From an uncultured Clostridia bacterium (lineage in GTDB: Bacteria > Bacillota > Clostridia > Christensenellales > UBA1242), in contig CALWDY010000012.1 in the NCBI GenBank assembly GCA_944376825.1, positions 522 to 64,521 on the forward strand: a DNA stretch of 64,000 nt. The letters run 5' to 3'. A model generated the notes under the pieces. It saw only the letters and a list, made by a program, of their open reading frames with translations, made no database searches and was not told the DNA's origin. Made by a program: the position numbers and the translations under genes. This document shows, in pieces, positions 25,259 to 35,058 of this stretch. The first letter of the stretch is position 1, and each line of letters starts with the position of its first letter.

Positions 25259-25287
25259 TTGACAAAAAAAATATTTTATGCTATGTT
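25259..25287 (+). promoter_or_regulatory. Promoter of tRNA-His
   Basis: TTGACA (25259..25264), a 17-nt spacer ending in TGc, then TATGTT (25282..25287). The tRNA starts ~15 nt downstream. Confidence 0.55.
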
Positions 25288-25301
25288 TTATTGCATGATG
25301 T

Positions 25302-25379
25302 GGTGGTTGTAGCGTAGATGGTTATCGCGCCAGATTGTGGCTCTGGAGATCATGGGTTCGAATCCCATCAATCACCCCA
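25302..25379 (+). tRNA. tRNA-His (anticodon GTG) with a genomically encoded G-1 and CCA end
   Basis: Cloverleaf read by eye. Acceptor GTGGTTG/CAATCAC, anticodon loop TTGTGGC (GTG at 25337..25339), T-arm ATGGG-TTCGAAT-CCCAT. An extra 5' G opposes discriminator C73. Terminal CCA present. Confidence 0.9.
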
Positions 25380-25385
25380 TAAACA

Positions 25386-25412
25386 AATCACGGTTTGATT
25401 CCGTGATTTTTA
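25386..25412 (+). terminator. Rho-independent terminator after tRNA-His
   Basis: AATCACGG-TTTGATT-CCGTGATT followed by a T-run. Confidence 0.7.
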
Positions 25413-25531
25413 TTTTATGCTTTTAATAAAAATCATTTAAATAACAATCTTAAATTTAACAACAAAAAAAGATAGTATAAATTTATTAAAACTATCTTTT
25501 TTTACATTTTATCTAATAATTATTTGCAAAA

Positions 25532-26026
25532 TTATTTTTTATTGCTTGCAAGCATTCCAAAAATACTAAATACAAGTCCACCAACAACCATCATAATTGC
25601 ACCTATTTGTGGTAAAATTGTTGAAGTTACTTTTATGTATTCGCTAGTTGATGTATTGCTAAAAACAAATGTCAAAAGTGTTGCAACGCTTGCTATTGTA
25701 AGAATTAAAACCAACACTGCCAACAATTTTTTAATTTTATCTAGAGTAGCAACTTTTCCAATATTAGCAAGTTGCAAAACAAACAAAATTACATATACAG
25801 CTGATAGACAAAGCATAACAACTGCTAAAACATCTGTTATTGTTGCAAATGCAACACCATCTGGTTGCAAAAGTCCCCAATCGCCAAAAATGTTAATTGA
25901 AGCAATTTTTGTTGTTTCATTTGCTGCAATAACTGTTGGCGCATACATTGCCAAAAACATAGGCAATATTAAAAGAACCATGCCAACTGCTGCAATTAAA
26001 TTTAAAATTAGTTTTTTTGTTTTCAT
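25532..26026 (-). CDS. Hypothetical polytopic membrane protein
   Basis: About 5 hydrophobic helices. ATG 26026 (MKTKKLIL) is preceded by AGGGGGAAG. Confidence 0.55.
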   Translation of the reverse strand: MKTKKLILNLIAAVGMVLLILPMFLAMYAPTVIAANETTKIASINIFGDWGLLQPDGVAFATITDVLAVVMLCLSAVYVILFVLQLANIGKVATLDKIKKLLAVLVLILTIASVATLLTFVFSNTSTSEYIKVTSTILPQIGAIMMVVGGLVFSIFGMLASNKK

Positions 26027-26106
26027 ATCTTCCCCCTTAGTTTTATGATACAATATATATTCTTTTGTGTCAAATAAATATTTATATCATTTTTTATAAT
26101 AAAAAA

Positions 26107-26134
26107 ATACTAGAATTTTATCTAGTATTTTTGT
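26107..26134 (-). terminator. Rho-independent (bidirectional) terminator after rplL
   Basis: ATACTAGA-ATTTTA-TCTAGTAT flanked by an A-run and a T-run. Confidence 0.65.
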
Positions 26135-26158
26135 TACATACAAATCTTATATGTTAAA

Positions 26159-26530
26159 TTATTTAAGTTCAACTGTTGCGCCAGCTTCTTTAAGTTTTGC
26201 TTCCATTGCTTTTGCTTCTTCTGCTGGAACATTTTCTTTAACAGTTTTTGGAGCACCGTCAACAAGAGCTTTTGCTTCTCCAAGTCCAAGACCTGTAATT
26301 TCTCTAACTGCTTTAATAACAGCAATTTTGTTTGCACCAGCTTCTTTTAATACAACTGTAAATTCTGTTTTTTCTTCTGCTTGAGCTGCTGCTCCACCTT
26401 GTGCACCACCAGCAACAACTGCTGCAGCTGCACTAACACCAAATTCTTCTTCTAACATTTTAACAAGGTCGTTAAGTTCAACAACGCTAAGACCTTTAAC
26501 TTCTTCAACAAACTTATTTAAATCTGCCAT
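26159..26530 (-). CDS. rplL: 50S ribosomal protein L7/L12
   Basis: 123 aa with an Ala/Gly-rich hinge and the C-terminal [29 protein letters not shown]. Confidence 0.97.
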   Translation of the reverse strand: MADLNKFVEEVKGLSVVELNDLVKMLEEEFGVSAAAAVVAGGAQGGAAAQAEEKTEFTVVLKEAGANKIAVIKAVREITGLGLGEAKALVDGAPKTVKENVPAEEAKAMEAKLKEAGATVELK

Positions 26531-26558
26531 TTTTTTTACTTCCTTTTATAATAATTTT

Positions 26559-27044
26559 TTAATTTTTATCTGCAATAGCCTTTAAGCATACCGCCAATCC
26601 CCTCATAGGTGACGATAACATACCAACAAGTTGAGCAAGTAAAACTTCTCTTGTAGGAATGCTTGCAAGTTTTTTAATTTCATTTGCATCTACAATGTTG
26701 TTGTTGTAAATACCAAATTTAACATTAAATGCGCACTTGTCTGATTTAACACCAGCAACAATTCTTGCAGGCGCAAGTTCATCTTCATAACCAAACGCAA
26801 CAGCATTTGTGCCTTCTAGATAACTTTCGCAACCTGTGTAACCAAGTTCATTTAATGCCCTTAAAACTAACCTGTTTTTGTAAACTTTGTATTCGGAACC
26901 ACTTTTTCTAAAATCCACACGAAGTTTTGTATCTTGTTCAACTGTAAGTCCACGATAATCCACAAAAACAACGGTTTTGGCTTTTTGAAGTTTTTCCTTA
27001 ATTTCTTCAACAAGTTTTTGTTTTGCTTCTAAATTTGCACTCAT
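26559..27044 (-). CDS. rplJ: 50S ribosomal protein L10
   Basis: 161 aa immediately upstream of rplL. VVFVDYRGLTVEQDTKLR is typical of L10. AAGGAGG Shine-Dalgarno. Confidence 0.95.
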   Translation of the reverse strand: MSANLEAKQKLVEEIKEKLQKAKTVVFVDYRGLTVEQDTKLRVDFRKSGSEYKVYKNRLVLRALNELGYTGCESYLEGTNAVAFGYEDELAPARIVAGVKSDKCAFNVKFGIYNNNIVDANEIKKLASIPTREVLLAQLVGMLSSPMRGLAVCLKAIADKN

Positions 27045-27200
27045 TTTGCCTCCTTTTTAGATTTGTATGTTTTAATTAAAAAATCCTTTGGCCAAAGTAA
27101 AGCCGAAAGGATTTAATACCAATCTAAACTTCGCCTCGGCAAGCACAATAAATTGTTTACGAAAAATCACTTGCTGTCTTTGGAAAAGGACAATATTTAA
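27045..27200 (-). promoter_or_regulatory. Probable L10 (rplJ) autoregulatory leader RNA
   Basis: GC-enriched, stem-rich 5' region. Examples are AAATCCTTTCGGC...GCCAAAGGATTT and CAGCAAGTG...CTTGCCGAGGCGAAG. It sits directly upstream of rplJ, as in Firmicutes L10 leaders. The family assignment is not verifiable by eye. Confidence 0.4.
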
Positions 27201-27249
27201 TTAACGGACTGATAATATCACAAATTTTTTAACATGTCAACGCTTTTGT

Positions 27250-28779
27250 TTAAAATTCAAAAAAATCACAATATTTTTCTTTGTTTAAATTTTTTTTGTT
27301 TTTGTTTTTACAAGATTTCTTTTTTGTTGTATTTTTGATTGATGATTTTTTAGAATATTTGCCAGATGATTTTTTGTTGTTTTTTTGTTTGTAGTAAACT
27401 TCATGCATATCTTCGTAGTAATCATTTTCAACATCAATATTTTCAAAATTATCTAAGCTTGAAAAGTCAAAATTTGTGCTTTTTGGAGTGTTTTCTTTTT
27501 CTTTAAATGTTTTTGATTGTTTTTTAATATCATAAAACTTATTAAATTCTTTCATATCCATATCATCAATTAAATTTATAATATTTTTTATTTCAACCAA
27601 ATTTAGTTCGCCTTTTAATATGTTTTCGCATTTAAAAGACTGTTTGCACTCTAACTCCATTGCATTGCTTTTATTTAACATGTAGTCAACAAAAGCAAGA
27701 CCTGTAATTTTGTTTTTTATTTTATTTTTGTAATCTTCCCTATCATCAGCATCCAGCGAACAATATTCAAACCTTTTTGAAAAACATTTGCTAAGCATAT
27801 TATTTGGGTGCAAAACACCACCATGGAAATCTGAGCCACAAGTTACAAATAAATTATATTTTTTTGCTATTTCATACATTTTATCAAATGCTCTCGGAAC
27901 AGTGTTCTCATTGTGGAACAACTCAACAAAATCTAAACCATTATTTGAAGCTTTTTGCACAATATCTATAAACCTATCAAACATTTCCATTTTTATATTT
28001 GGATTTGTTTTATCTGCAAATATTTCTTTTTGTTCAAATTTTATCGTGTTTCCGTGAGCAATGCCAACCTTGCCACCAGCAGACTTTATCATATTTATTA
28101 TATCAAAAATATCTTGCTTGCTTGAACCATCTGCAATCTCGTTGTATTTTGGCTCGGCGTAATAGATATCTTTGATAATTTCTTCCACCTCGTTTTCAGT
28201 TAAATTTAAAAATATTGATGAAACAAGTATAAAATTTTTTCTTATTTCGTTATGAGAATCTAAATTTGCACACTGTTCGTAAATATTAAATGGTATTTTT
28301 GTTTTAAATAATGTTTCTAAATATTTTTTAGCACAAATAATTTGCTTGCCCGTGTTAATTTGTTTTCTTATCACACCCTTTTTTGTGCTAACATCGGCAA
28401 AAACTTTTTTGTGTGAAAGTTTTGAGTATGTTATAAGATTTCTGTCCATTAAATTATATCCATACCCAAGCATGTGGCATCTTGAATATATAGAATGTCC
28501 ACTTTCGTTTAACCCAACAGATTTTAAACTTGCATTAAGTTCTATTCCTGGTATAAAATGCAACCTTTTATATTCATCAGGTCGACATTTTAACAATTTC
28601 GCCGCTTCTATACAACCCAATATACTTTCATGATCGGTTATTGAGAAACATATATTTTTGTTTTCTTTTTCTGCCATTGCATTCAGCATATCCAAAAGTT
28701 TTTGCACAGTTATATCAACCCCATCTTCATATGAGTGGACAGTATGTATGTGCAAATCTACAAAAGCGTAACTTTTCAT
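27250..28779 (-). CDS. PHP-domain metal-dependent phosphoesterase with a long Lys-rich C-terminal tail
   Basis: FVDLHIHTVHSYEDG and FSITDHESI are PHP motifs. The C-terminal ~60 aa are K/N-rich low complexity. Confidence 0.6.
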   Translation of the reverse strand: MKSYAFVDLHIHTVHSYEDGVDITVQKLLDMLNAMAEKENKNICFSITDHESILGCIEAAKLLKCRPDEYKRLHFIPGIELNASLKSVGLNESGHSIYSRCHMLGYGYNLMDRNLITYSKLSHKKVFADVSTKKGVIRKQINTGKQIICAKKYLETLFKTKIPFNIYEQCANLDSHNEIRKNFILVSSIFLNLTENEVEEIIKDIYYAEPKYNEIADGSSKQDIFDIINMIKSAGGKVGIAHGNTIKFEQKEIFADKTNPNIKMEMFDRFIDIVQKASNNGLDFVELFHNENTVPRAFDKMYEIAKKYNLFVTCGSDFHGGVLHPNNMLSKCFSKRFEYCSLDADDREDYKNKIKNKITGLAFVDYMLNKSNAMELECKQSFKCENILKGELNLVEIKNIINLIDDMDMKEFNKFYDIKKQSKTFKEKENTPKSTNFDFSSLDNFENIDVENDYYEDMHEVYYKQKNNKKSSGKYSKKSSIKNTTKKKSCKNKNKKNLNKEKYCDFFEF

Positions 28780-28792
28780 GCTTTCTCCTTTG

Positions 28793-29473
28793 TTAGTACA
28801 AATTGTTAATATAATTTATTATATCTTGTGGCAAATTGTTTTTTATTTCATCTAGTTTTTTATTAGCTTTATCTTCTAAATTTAATTTTTTTAAACATTC
28901 TATATACATTATATTTGCATAAATATTGCCTTTAATAAATTTATATATGTTTAATATTTTAAAAAGATTTTGTTTGATACTTTTTTTTAACCTTATGTTT
29001 AATTCATCATATAATTTTATTTCTATTTCTGTTAAATCTTCGAAATCTTCCCGTTTTTGCTGAGTGTATCTTTTAATTAAAGTTTCTTTTAACAGTACTG
29101 CCTTAAAATATCCCTTAATTGCATTTTCATATTCTTTTACATGTTCTTTCAAAATTGCAAAACACTCATATAAATTTGCAGGATAACTATTTAAAAAATT
29201 ATCATTTAATTTATTTGAAACATCATCTAAATAAGAATAAGTTAAACTTTCATTGTATTTTTCACTGTTTATTACACTTTCTAATTCATTACTATAACCT
29301 TGTTCAACATCAGTTGAAATATAACCACAATAAGGGCAAACTTCTAGGTCAAAGTTGACATAATTTTTATAATTTTCAAGTGTAATCGTGCTTAAATTTG
29401 GCTTGTCAAAAACAAGATAATCATCACTTTTTTTGCACCTTGCACATGTTTTTTTATAATATTTACAACTCAT
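28793..29473 (-). CDS. Zinc-ribbon plus helical-repeat protein (DUF2225-like)
   Basis: CARCKK...CPYCGY N-terminal zinc ribbon followed by an alpha-helical region. Family call is from memory only. Confidence 0.4.
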   Translation of the reverse strand: MSCKYYKKTCARCKKSDDYLVFDKPNLSTITLENYKNYVNFDLEVCPYCGYISTDVEQGYSNELESVINSEKYNESLTYSYLDDVSNKLNDNFLNSYPANLYECFAILKEHVKEYENAIKGYFKAVLLKETLIKRYTQQKREDFEDLTEIEIKLYDELNIRLKKSIKQNLFKILNIYKFIKGNIYANIMYIECLKKLNLEDKANKKLDEIKNNLPQDIINYINNLY

Positions 29474-29611
29474 AAAACTCTCCTTAATATTATGGTTTTA
29501 TTTTGTGAATACTATTACTTCTATTTTTAGTGTATCACAAAAAAAATCACTTTTCAATAGTAGTTTAAAAAAAACGCAAAACTCTCTAAGTAAGAGTTTT
29601 GCATAATTTAT

Positions 29612-30070
29612 TTAATTTTCTTTTTTATCTTCTAGTTGTGGTTTGTTTTCATCTTGTGCTAATTCGTTACTATTTTCATCATTATTTTTTGCAGGTTCTC
29701 TTTTATAGTTGTTTTCGCTTATCATTGCTGGCATAAAGCATAACAAAAACAGTACAAAAACAATAAATTGTGGAACAAAAACCCAAACAAATTCAACATT
29801 AAAGAACATGAAAATTGTGCCCATAACGAATTCTATAACAAAATACATAACCGTCATAGTGGTAACAGGCAAGCCTACAACCTGCTTTTTGCGTTTTTCG
29901 TTTGAAACAAAAAAGAACGCAATTGTCATAAACAAAAAACTAAGCACAACAAAAATTAGTGATACCCAAAAAGATGTGTGCAAATTGTTTGCAACCAAAA
30001 ATAAAACAATTAAATATGCAACAAAGAAAACACCAAAGCCAAGTCCGAGTTGAAGTTTTTTTCTATCCAT
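29612..30070 (-). CDS. Hypothetical membrane protein (4 TM) with an acidic C-terminal tail
   Basis: 152-aa ORF with an AAAGGAGAG Shine-Dalgarno and four hydrophobic segments. Confidence 0.55.
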   Translation of the reverse strand: MDRKKLQLGLGFGVFFVAYLIVLFLVANNLHTSFWVSLIFVVLSFLFMTIAFFFVSNEKRKKQVVGLPVTTMTVMYFVIEFVMGTIFMFFNVEFVWVFVPQFIVFVLFLLCFMPAMISENNYKREPAKNNDENSNELAQDENKPQLEDKKEN

Positions 30071-30292
30071 AACTCTCTCCTTTAATTCTAATATAACAAA
30101 ATGTTCTGTTTTTTCCTAATAATTTTTGATTATAATTATTATTACTTAATAATATTTATTAAAGTATTTAAACATAATTGACAAAAAATAAAAAAAGTTA
30201 TACATTATGTTAGAAAAAAAGATAGTTGTTAAACAAAAAAATTATATATATATAGTGTGATACAAATATCAAAAAATATTTAGGAGAAAGAT

Positions 30293-31681
30293 ATGGACAA
30301 CAATGTAACAATGGACAAAATTGTAAGTTTGTGTAAAAATCGTGGAATAATTTTTCAAGGCAGTGAAATTTATGGTGGAATGGGAAACACTTGGGACTAT
30401 GGTCCTGTTGGTGTTGAAATAAAAAACAATATTAAACGTGCTTGGTGGAAAAAATTTGTTCAAGAAAGCGAAAACTCTTTTGGTGTTGATGCTGCTATTT
30501 TAATGAATTCAAAAGTTTGGGATGCAAGCGGACACACAACATCTTTTAGCGATCCAAAAATGGATTGCAAGGAATGCAAAACTCGTCATCGTGCTGATAA
30601 CTTAATTGAAAATTATTGCTGTAAACACAAAATTGATGGCGTTGTACCTGACAATATGACCAACGAAGAAATGGAGAATTTTATTGAAGAGCACAAAATT
30701 GCCTGCCCTGTTTGTGGAAAACATAACTTTACACCAATAAGACAATTTAAACTTATGTTTGAAACAAGTCGTGGAGTAACCGAAGACAACACCGACAAAA
30801 TTTATTTAAGACCAGAAACAGCACAAGGTGAATTTGTAAACTTTTTGAATGTTCAAAGAAGTATGCGTGCAAAAGTACCTTTTGGAATTGCGCAAATTGG
30901 CAAAGCATTTAGAAACGAAATTACTCCCGGGAACTTTATTTTTAGAACAATAGAATTTGAACAAATGGAACATCAACTATTTTGCAAAGAATGTGATGAT
31001 GAAAAATTTTATAACTTATACAAACAAAAAGCATGGAACTTTTTGGTAAGTCTTGGAATTGACGAAACAAAATTAAGATTTAAAGACCATGACAAACTTG
31101 CACACTACGCAAAAAATGCTTGTGATATTCAATACAACTTCCCTATCGGTTGGAGTGAACTTAATGGAATACACAACAGAACAAACTATGATCTTTCTCG
31201 TCATCAAGAATATTCGGGTAAAAACATGATGTATTTGGACCCAATAACAAATGAAAAATATATTCCATATGTTGTTGAATATTCTATCGGTGCTGACAGA
31301 CTTATGCTTACAGTACTATGTGATGCATATCGTGAAGAAAAACTTGAAGACGGAGAAACAAGAGTTGTGTTAAAACTTGCTCCATTTATTGCACCATATA
31401 AGGCATGTGTTTTGCCACTTATGAAGAAAAATCACAGTCAAAAAGCACAAGAATTACACACTATGCTTGCAAAATACTTTATGTGCGATTATGACGAAAG
31501 TGGAAGCATTGGAAAAAGATACCGTAGACAAGACGAAATTGGCACTCCATACTGTATTACTGTTGACGATGAAACACTTAATAATGGTACTGTTACAATT
31601 AGAGATAGAGATACAATGAAGCAAGACATTGTTAAAATTGAAGATGTAAAAAATTATATACAATCAAGATGTGAATATTAA
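30293..31681 (+). CDS. glyQS: Glycyl-tRNA synthetase (single-chain alpha2 type)
   Basis: IVSLCKNRGIIFQGSEIYGGMGNTWDYGPVG, YLRPETAQG and FRNEITPGNFIFRTIEFEQME (class II motif 2). C-terminal anticodon-binding domain. Confidence 0.95.
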   Translation: MDNNVTMDKIVSLCKNRGIIFQGSEIYGGMGNTWDYGPVGVEIKNNIKRAWWKKFVQESENSFGVDAAILMNSKVWDASGHTTSFSDPKMDCKECKTRHRADNLIENYCCKHKIDGVVPDNMTNEEMENFIEEHKIACPVCGKHNFTPIRQFKLMFETSRGVTEDNTDKIYLRPETAQGEFVNFLNVQRSMRAKVPFGIAQIGKAFRNEITPGNFIFRTIEFEQMEHQLFCKECDDEKFYNLYKQKAWNFLVSLGIDETKLRFKDHDKLAHYAKNACDIQYNFPIGWSELNGIHNRTNYDLSRHQEYSGKNMMYLDPITNEKYIPYVVEYSIGADRLMLTVLCDAYREEKLEDGETRVVLKLAPFIAPYKACVLPLMKKNHSQKAQELHTMLAKYFMCDYDESGSIGKRYRRQDEIGTPYCITVDDETLNNGTVTIRDRDTMKQDIVKIEDVKNYIQSRCEY

Positions 31682-31720
31682 AAAACGAAAATAAAAATTG
31701 GAATTTGTAAAATAAACATA

Positions 31721-31752
31721 AAAAAACACTTTGGAAACCAAAGCGTTTTTTT
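31721..31752 (+). terminator. Bidirectional rho-independent terminator between glyQS and 31774..32337
   Basis: CACTTTGG-AAA-CCAAAGCG stem flanked by an A-run and a T-run. Confidence 0.6.
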
Positions 31753-31773
31753 ATCGCCATATTTTTTAATATA

Positions 31774-32337
31774 TTATTTTCCTGCTTTTAATGCAAGACT
31801 TAAATTTAATGTTCCTGCTAATTCTTTTGTTATATCATTTAAATAAACAGTAATTGTTAATTTGTAAACTTCACCACTATTTAAAGTTACAACATTTGAT
31901 CCTGTTAAATTTTCAACAGGTGCTGGTGCATTTTGTTTACCTTCTGTAATTGTAACATCCAATGTGTCAGATTTATACATAGAACTTGCAGTTGCTGAAA
32001 CTTTTACAGGATCAGTACCATTGTTTGTACATGTAAATGTGTAGGTTATTGTTCTTTGTGCTGTTTGTGTGCCAAATGCAATTTCTCCAATTTCCCATGT
32101 ATCATCACCTTGACCACCTGTTTCATCAGCTGTTACTTGATATGTATCATCTTTTGCTGCTGCAAGAGATCCACCTGTAACATTACCTGTCCATGTTACT
32201 GCTACTTGTGATTCAAATGAAACACTACCTGTTACGTTGTAAGTAACTTGTGTTGCTGCGTAAACGCCGAATGCCATAAGTGCTACTGCAAGGCAAAGTG
32301 ATGCGATTGACGCAAAAATTTTTACTTTTCTTTTCAT
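31774..32337 (-). CDS. Secreted or cell-surface protein (T/G/A-rich, beta-rich) with an N-terminal signal anchor
   Basis: MKRKVKIFASIASLCLAVALMAFGVYAATQVTYNVTGSV. The FGVYAA-x-V-x-Y-x-V-x-G-x-V module recurs at the N-terminus of the LRR pseudogene at 45.4 kb. Noticeably GC-richer than its neighbours. Confidence 0.6.
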   Translation of the reverse strand: MKRKVKIFASIASLCLAVALMAFGVYAATQVTYNVTGSVSFESQVAVTWTGNVTGGSLAAAKDDTYQVTADETGGQGDDTWEIGEIAFGTQTAQRTITYTFTCTNNGTDPVKVSATASSMYKSDTLDVTITEGKQNAPAPVENLTGSNVVTLNSGEVYKLTITVYLNDITKELAGTLNLSLALKAGK

Positions 32338-32539
32338 AAATATCTCTCCTTAATTATATTTTTATATATAAATGTAAATAATTAAGTGGCGAACCTAATT
32401 ATTACAGATATACCAAAACCTAAGGCAATAAAAGAATACCGAAAAAACCTTGTTAAAGATAAAGGGAGATTTAATTGGATTATGATTAACTGCCGTTTTG
32501 TTAATCCTCTTTTATTGCCGTTTTGGGCTTAATCAAGCC

Positions 32540-32570
32540 TTGATTTGATAGCAATTTGCTATCAAATCAA
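32540..32570. promoter_or_regulatory. Perfect 31-bp palindrome, candidate operator for the adjacent XRE regulator
   Basis: TTGATTTGATAGCAATTTGCTATCAAATCAA is centred at 32555. Its right arm abuts or overlaps the predicted -35 region of an extended -10 promoter (TGaTAAAAT, 32587..32595) for 32611..32817. Confidence 0.5.
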
Positions 32571-32610
32571 TAACAATATAGCAAACTGATAAAATTAAGT
32601 CAAGGAAACA

Positions 32611-32817
32611 ATGGAGATTTTTTGTAAAAGATTGATTGAATTAAGAAAAATTTTTGGGTATACCCAAAGGGACATGGCAAGCATGCTCCATATCAGTCAA
32701 CCGTCATATATTAGGTATGAACTTGGAACAAGCGAACCAACTCAACAAAACTTGGTAAACATTGCCAATATTTTTGATGTTAGTTTAGACTATTTGCTAG
32801 GCAGAGTTGATTTATGA
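32611..32817 (+). CDS. XRE-family helix-turn-helix transcriptional regulator
   Basis: 68 aa. LRKIFGYTQRDMASMLHISQPSYIRYELGTSEPTQQNLVNIANIFDVSLDYLLG is a canonical HTH_3 pattern. Confidence 0.85.
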   Translation: MEIFCKRLIELRKIFGYTQRDMASMLHISQPSYIRYELGTSEPTQQNLVNIANIFDVSLDYLLGRVDL

Positions 32818-32953
32818 ACTTCAAAAAAATATGCTCATTTTTAAATTAAATAACAAAAAACACACAAAAATTTAAATTTTGTGTGTTTTTTATTTGTTTT
32901 TATGCTACATAATTTTTAAATTTTTCGCTCCCCCATTTTTTGCCAGCGTGACT

Positions 32954-34285
32954 TTAAATATTTTCAACTTTTAATTGATATATTCGTTTTGTTTTGTCAT
33001 CAACTTTAAGTTTGTTTGAAATTTCCATTCCACCAATTATATAAACTTCGTTATCACATGCAAGCACAGGAAGATTATCTCGTAATCTTTTTGGATATTT
33101 TTGGTCGATTAAATAACTTTTAAGTTTCTTTGTTCCCCCACCGAACTTTTCAAAAATATCTCCATTTTGTCTAAATCTCCAAACTGCATCTTTTGGCAAC
33201 TTATCTATATCATAAAAAAGTGCATTTTCGTTTGTTATTGCACTAACCTTTTTTGTTGTTATTTTGCCAAAATTTGGAACGGTTATTGTTCCTATTTTGT
33301 TTTTTTCATTAAAATATATTTCTTTTTTCTGTTTGTTTGTAAGTGTTATATAATCGTATTCTTTATACACACCAACTTTAAGGGGCAGTTCAATTCGTTT
33401 GCCATTTTCACTGTTTTTAACAAAATCTTTTATTATTTCAATATGTTTACTTTCTATATCTTTATTTATGCCAATCATATGCAGTGCTTTGTATATCATT
33501 CTGCTTGTTATTGGATTTGGGTATACAAAATAAGAAAGTGGAATTTTTACTTCTTTATCATTAACAATAAAAGCGTCTGTTGGAACTTGACTGTTTATGT
33601 ATTCATCATCTTCACTTGCAAGATTACTAAAATTTATTATTGCATTTATTGCATTTGGCCATCTTTTTAAAATTACAGGCAAAATTTCATTTCTAATTAA
33701 ATTTCTTGAAAATTCATTGTCTTGATTTGTTTCGTCTTCCACTGTTGGAATATCGTTATCTAAAATATAGTGCCAAATCTCTTTTTCGTTTGTTTCTAGC
33801 ATTGGTCTAATAAAAATGTTATCTCTAATTAGACTCATACCTTTTAGACCTGTTATGCCACTACCCCTAAAAAGATGCATAAGCACTGTTTCTGCTTGGT
33901 CGCTTTGGTGATGTGCAAGTGCAATTTTGTCTACTATGTTTTTATCTATCATAGATTTAAAAACATTAAATCTGCCCTCTCTTGCTGCACTTTCTAGTGA
34001 TAGAGATTTTTCTTTGGCAAGCTGTGGTGCATCTATTTTAAATTTATATGCTCTAATTCTATTTTGCCTGCAATAGTCCATAACAAACAAAGCATCATGA
34101 ACGCCATTTTCTCTTATGCCGTGGTCGATTGTTATTGCAACAACTTCAAAATCAAGTTCACGGGAAAGCTTGTTTAAATAGTGAAGCAGTGCCATACTAT
34201 CTTTTCCACCACTTACACCAACACCTACAACATCACCCATGTTTATTAAATTGTTCTCTAAAATTAATCTTTTGACATTTTCCAT
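32954..34285 (-). CDS. tilS: tRNA(Ile)-lysidine synthase
   Basis: PP-loop VGVSGGKDSMAL, AHHQSDQAETVLMHLFRGSG, and a C-terminal TilS substrate domain. Confidence 0.9.
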   Translation of the reverse strand: MENVKRLILENNLINMGDVVGVGVSGGKDSMALLHYLNKLSRELDFEVVAITIDHGIRENGVHDALFVMDYCRQNRIRAYKFKIDAPQLAKEKSLSLESAAREGRFNVFKSMIDKNIVDKIALAHHQSDQAETVLMHLFRGSGITGLKGMSLIRDNIFIRPMLETNEKEIWHYILDNDIPTVEDETNQDNEFSRNLIRNEILPVILKRWPNAINAIINFSNLASEDDEYINSQVPTDAFIVNDKEVKIPLSYFVYPNPITSRMIYKALHMIGINKDIESKHIEIIKDFVKNSENGKRIELPLKVGVYKEYDYITLTNKQKKEIYFNEKNKIGTITVPNFGKITTKKVSAITNENALFYDIDKLPKDAVWRFRQNGDIFEKFGGGTKKLKSYLIDQKYPKRLRDNLPVLACDNEVYIIGGMEISNKLKVDDKTKRIYQLKVENI

Positions 34286-34507
34286 AGTTTTATCCTTGTT
34301 TTTATTATAACTATATTATGATATATTTTCAATGTAAAACAAATGATATTTTTAATTATTTATTGAATTTTTTGTTATTTTTTACTTTTTTTTACATTTT
34401 TTTGTGATTTTTTACTTTTTTGTTTTATTTTTTATAACAATAAACTTTAATAATTTATTTTTAAAACATTTTAACATAAAAAAAACAGCACCCGTTTATG
34501 CTGTTTT

Positions 34508-34756
34508 TTATTTATTTTTATCATTATCATATTTTGTTGTGTTTGTTGTTGAATGTTGCCAAGCAATAACTATTCCAAGCCCAACACCTCCAAGCAAAAA
34601 CACGCCCACAAAAGCAATTATGCTAAAAATATATTTTGCTGTACTTAATGTTTTTGCAATGTTTAATGCACTATAAATTATCATTATAACTGCAAATATC
34701 ATTACCAAAACACAAGTTGTTATTAAAATACTGTAAATAGATTTATTTAATTTCAT
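34508..34756 (-). CDS. Small 2-TM membrane protein
   Basis: 82 aa with two hydrophobic helices. Overlaps a similar upstream ORF by 14 nt. Confidence 0.5.
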   Translation of the reverse strand: MKLNKSIYSILITTCVLVMIFAVIMIIYSALNIAKTLSTAKYIFSIIAFVGVFLLGGVGLGIVIAWQHSTTNTTKYDNDKNK

Positions 34757-35000
34757 TATCGTTTATTGTATTTGTTTGCATCTTTTGTATTTTATTTGCT
34801 TTATATAATGTTGCTGTTACACCAACAAGTGCAGAGCAAATTACAAAAGCAACACTAAGTGCAACCAACCCCCATATTTTTGTTTGATTTGTTCCATTTA
34901 AAAACATGCTATTTGCAAGAACAATAATAAAAATTACGCTTGCAACAGCACCAATTGACGATAGCACTGTTATCAGTAGATTCCAATTAACTTTTTTCAT
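34743..35000 (-). CDS. Small 2-TM membrane protein (same architecture as 34508..34756)
   Basis: 85 aa with two hydrophobic helices. AAAGGAG Shine-Dalgarno upstream. Confidence 0.5.
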   Translation of the reverse strand: MKKVNWNLLITVLSSIGAVASVIFIIVLANSMFLNGTNQTKIWGLVALSVAFVICSALVGVTATLYKANKIQKMQTNTINDNEIK

Positions 35001-35058
35001 AATATCTCCTTTTACATAAATAAGAATAATATTATTTTGCTCAATTTGTCAAATTTTA

